Assembly (NCBI GenBank): GCA_964014485.1 | Contig: CAXHAT010000167.1 | Coordinates: 1 to 17,292 of the forward strand | Source of the DNA: an uncultured Deferribacteres bacterium | Lineage (GTDB): Bacteria > Zhuqueibacterota > Zhuqueibacteria > Zhuqueibacterales > Geothermadaptataceae | Direction: 5' to 3' | DNA: 17,292 nt | Shown: positions 15,865-17,292 of the stretch, piece by piece | How the letters are laid out: every line of letters begins with the position of its first letter | Position numbering within the stretch: position 1 is the stretch's first letter | Position numbers and translations under genes: made by a program | The notes under the pieces: model-generated | Seen by the model: only the letters and a program-made list of their open reading frames with translations | Told to the model about the DNA's origin: nothing | Database searches by the model: none

Positions 15865-16392
15865 TTAAAATTCTTTTGGCAGATAACCTAAGTTTTGAAG
15901 GCGTATACTCATGGCGGCTGTGCTTACTTCGAGTTTTTGTGCTAATCCATATACAATGTCTTCATTGTCGTCGGCAAGGCCGTCAAAGTCTTTTAATTCT
16001 TTCTGGATTAATTCTTTCGGCATTAATAGCTCTGCTGCAAAACGGTTAGCCTCGATTTCGATGGGCTCTTCACCTGTTTGCGATTTAGCGTTTCTGGTAA
16101 AAAGTTTTTTGTCAATATGGATACCGCTTTTTTTATGTAGAAGAAAGTGGGCGAGTTCGTGGGCCATAGTGAAGCGTTGCCTGTTTCGGTGATGCGCCTC
16201 ATTTACAATAATCTGCGGATCGTTTTTGTCCTTGATAAACAAAACGCCTGAGATGTCATCTTGGAAGGGTGCTGTAGAAAGTGTGATGTCATATGATTTT
16301 ATGATTGATTCTATGTTGACAGGGGTGGTGGTGATATTCATTTCCCTGAGTACTTGTCGTGCAATTTGTGCTGGCGCTTTACGGCGTGTCAT
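15865..16392 (-). CDS. ImmA/IrrE family Zn metallopeptidase
   Basis: I.VN.....RQRFTMAHELAHFLLH (HExxH), E.EAN.FAAELLMP, and C-terminal HTH LA..L.VS..AM.IRL. Confidence 0.95.
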   Translation of the reverse strand: MTRRKAPAQIARQVLREMNITTTPVNIESIIKSYDITLSTAPFQDDISGVLFIKDKNDPQIIVNEAHHRNRQRFTMAHELAHFLLHKKSGIHIDKKLFTRNAKSQTGEEPIEIEANRFAAELLMPKELIQKELKDFDGLADDNEDIVYGLAQKLEVSTAAMSIRLQNLGYLPKEF

Positions 16393-16735
16393 TAATCTTC
16401 CCTCCGCGTTGTTCTATCGCTTCAAAAATTTGGCTGAGTTCATCGGCCTCCATTCTTTTTCGTGATGCAATATCAAGCTGAGAAATAAGACGGTTGTGTC
16501 CTGCGTTGGGTCTTCGCATTGGGGGAATAATGTCAAAGATGTCGGTTTCAAGTGATTCGGCGATATAGTACAGCTTATCAAGTGGGGCTTTTTGGCGACC
16601 TTTTTCAATGTGGATTATTGCAGTGCGGGTCAGGCCTACCATTTTTGCGAGTGAGTTTTGGGACAGCCCTTTTTGTTCTCTTAGCTGTTTAAGTTTGTCG
16701 CCTATTTCCAGGTAGATGTGGCTGTAAGGATTCAT
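16379..16735 (-). CDS. XRE-family HTH transcriptional regulator
   Basis: IG..LK.LRE.KGLSQ..LA..VGLTR..I..IE.GRQ...L..LY.IA..L; overlaps the peptidase start. Confidence 0.93.
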   Translation of the reverse strand: MNPYSHIYLEIGDKLKQLREQKGLSQNSLAKMVGLTRTAIIHIEKGRQKAPLDKLYYIAESLETDIFDIIPPMRRPNAGHNRLISQLDIASRKRMEADELSQIFEAIEQRGGKINDTP

Positions 16736-16787
16736 TTTATCTAAAATACGAACCAGGTTGCTAAAATCAAGAAAAATGTTACTATTA

Positions 16788-16812
16788 TTAACGTTATTTT
16801 TAATAACGTTAA
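16788..16812. promoter_or_regulatory. Candidate XRE operator in the divergent promoter region
   Basis: ttaacgttatt-ttt-aataacgttaa, an 11-bp perfect inverted repeat; each arm contains the palindrome taacgtta. Confidence 0.65.
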
Positions 16813-16910
16813 AGTTTCTATGGTTTCCTCTTGCATACCAGTGATGAGATTCCTATTTTCTTCGCCAATTAAATCATTATGTGTTTTGAACATTTTATGG
16901 AGAATTTTTC

Positions 16911-17225
16911 ATGGAATCTAAAAGTCATCGTTCAGCAAAAAATAAAGCGGCTGGTCGAGATGGGAAAACAGAAGTTTCTCTTTCGCGAAACCGAAGATTG
17001 GATGCTCTGACTCAGAGTGGCAACCGTGCGACTGAAGTTGAGCGAAGCGGTAGTTTGAAGGGGTTGGAGAAAGCGGCAAGACGTTTAAGAGACTCTGGTG
17101 CTAACCAGCGCGTTCTTCAGGTGCCAAATCAACATTTAGGCTTGGCTGCGAAAGCCATGCGTAAAGCTGGTGTTTCCGGTACTGTGAAGAATATGGGCGG
17201 AACAAAGCGACGCTCCGTCCGCTAA
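16911..17225 (+). CDS. Small basic protein, possible minimal PD-(D/E)xK (restriction-endonuclease-fold) domain
   Basis: 104 aa with GGAG upstream; ES..H...K, TE......RRLDA, ATEVE arrangement. Confidence 0.75.
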   Translation: MESKSHRSAKNKAAGRDGKTEVSLSRNRRLDALTQSGNRATEVERSGSLKGLEKAARRLRDSGANQRVLQVPNQHLGLAAKAMRKAGVSGTVKNMGGTKRRSVR

Positions 17226-17237
17226 TTTAATTCGGTC

Positions 17238-17292
17238 GCATAACCAATGAACTAATTGGGAGTTTTTATGAAATTCCAGATTTATACAGATG
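17238..17292. repeat. Terminal direct repeat (circular-assembly overlap), copy 2
   Basis: Identical to 1-55. Confidence 0.97.

Overview
The window is a complete small circular plasmid of 17,237 bp. Bases 1-55 are repeated exactly at 17238-17292, which is the usual assembler overlap. Backbone: a parA plus ribbon-helix-helix partition pair, a replication initiator followed by 8 iterons and DnaA boxes, and a Zn-finger/TOPRIM primase. Mobilisation: a MOBQ (MobA/MobL) relaxase with its oriT, a divergent VirD4-like coupling protein lacking a membrane anchor, and an adjacent membrane protein; there are no mating-pair genes, so it is mobilisable, not self-transmissible. Also present are three type II TA pairs, an orphan antitoxin, a RadC/JAB protein and a serine resolvase. 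The most interesting accessory part spans the contig junction: an XRE-HTH plus ImmA/IrrE peptidase pair (CapH/CapP-like layout) faces away from a two-gene unit encoding a tiny putative PD-(D/E)xK-fold protein and a YegP/DUF1508 protein, and diverged ~107-bp direct repeats bracket this module. Other oddities are a secreted-protein gene frameshifted by an 8-bp tandem repeat, a QLGAGS C-terminus shared by two unrelated proteins, and an uncalled 39-aa very basic ORF. All family calls come from reading motifs by eye, not from database searches.
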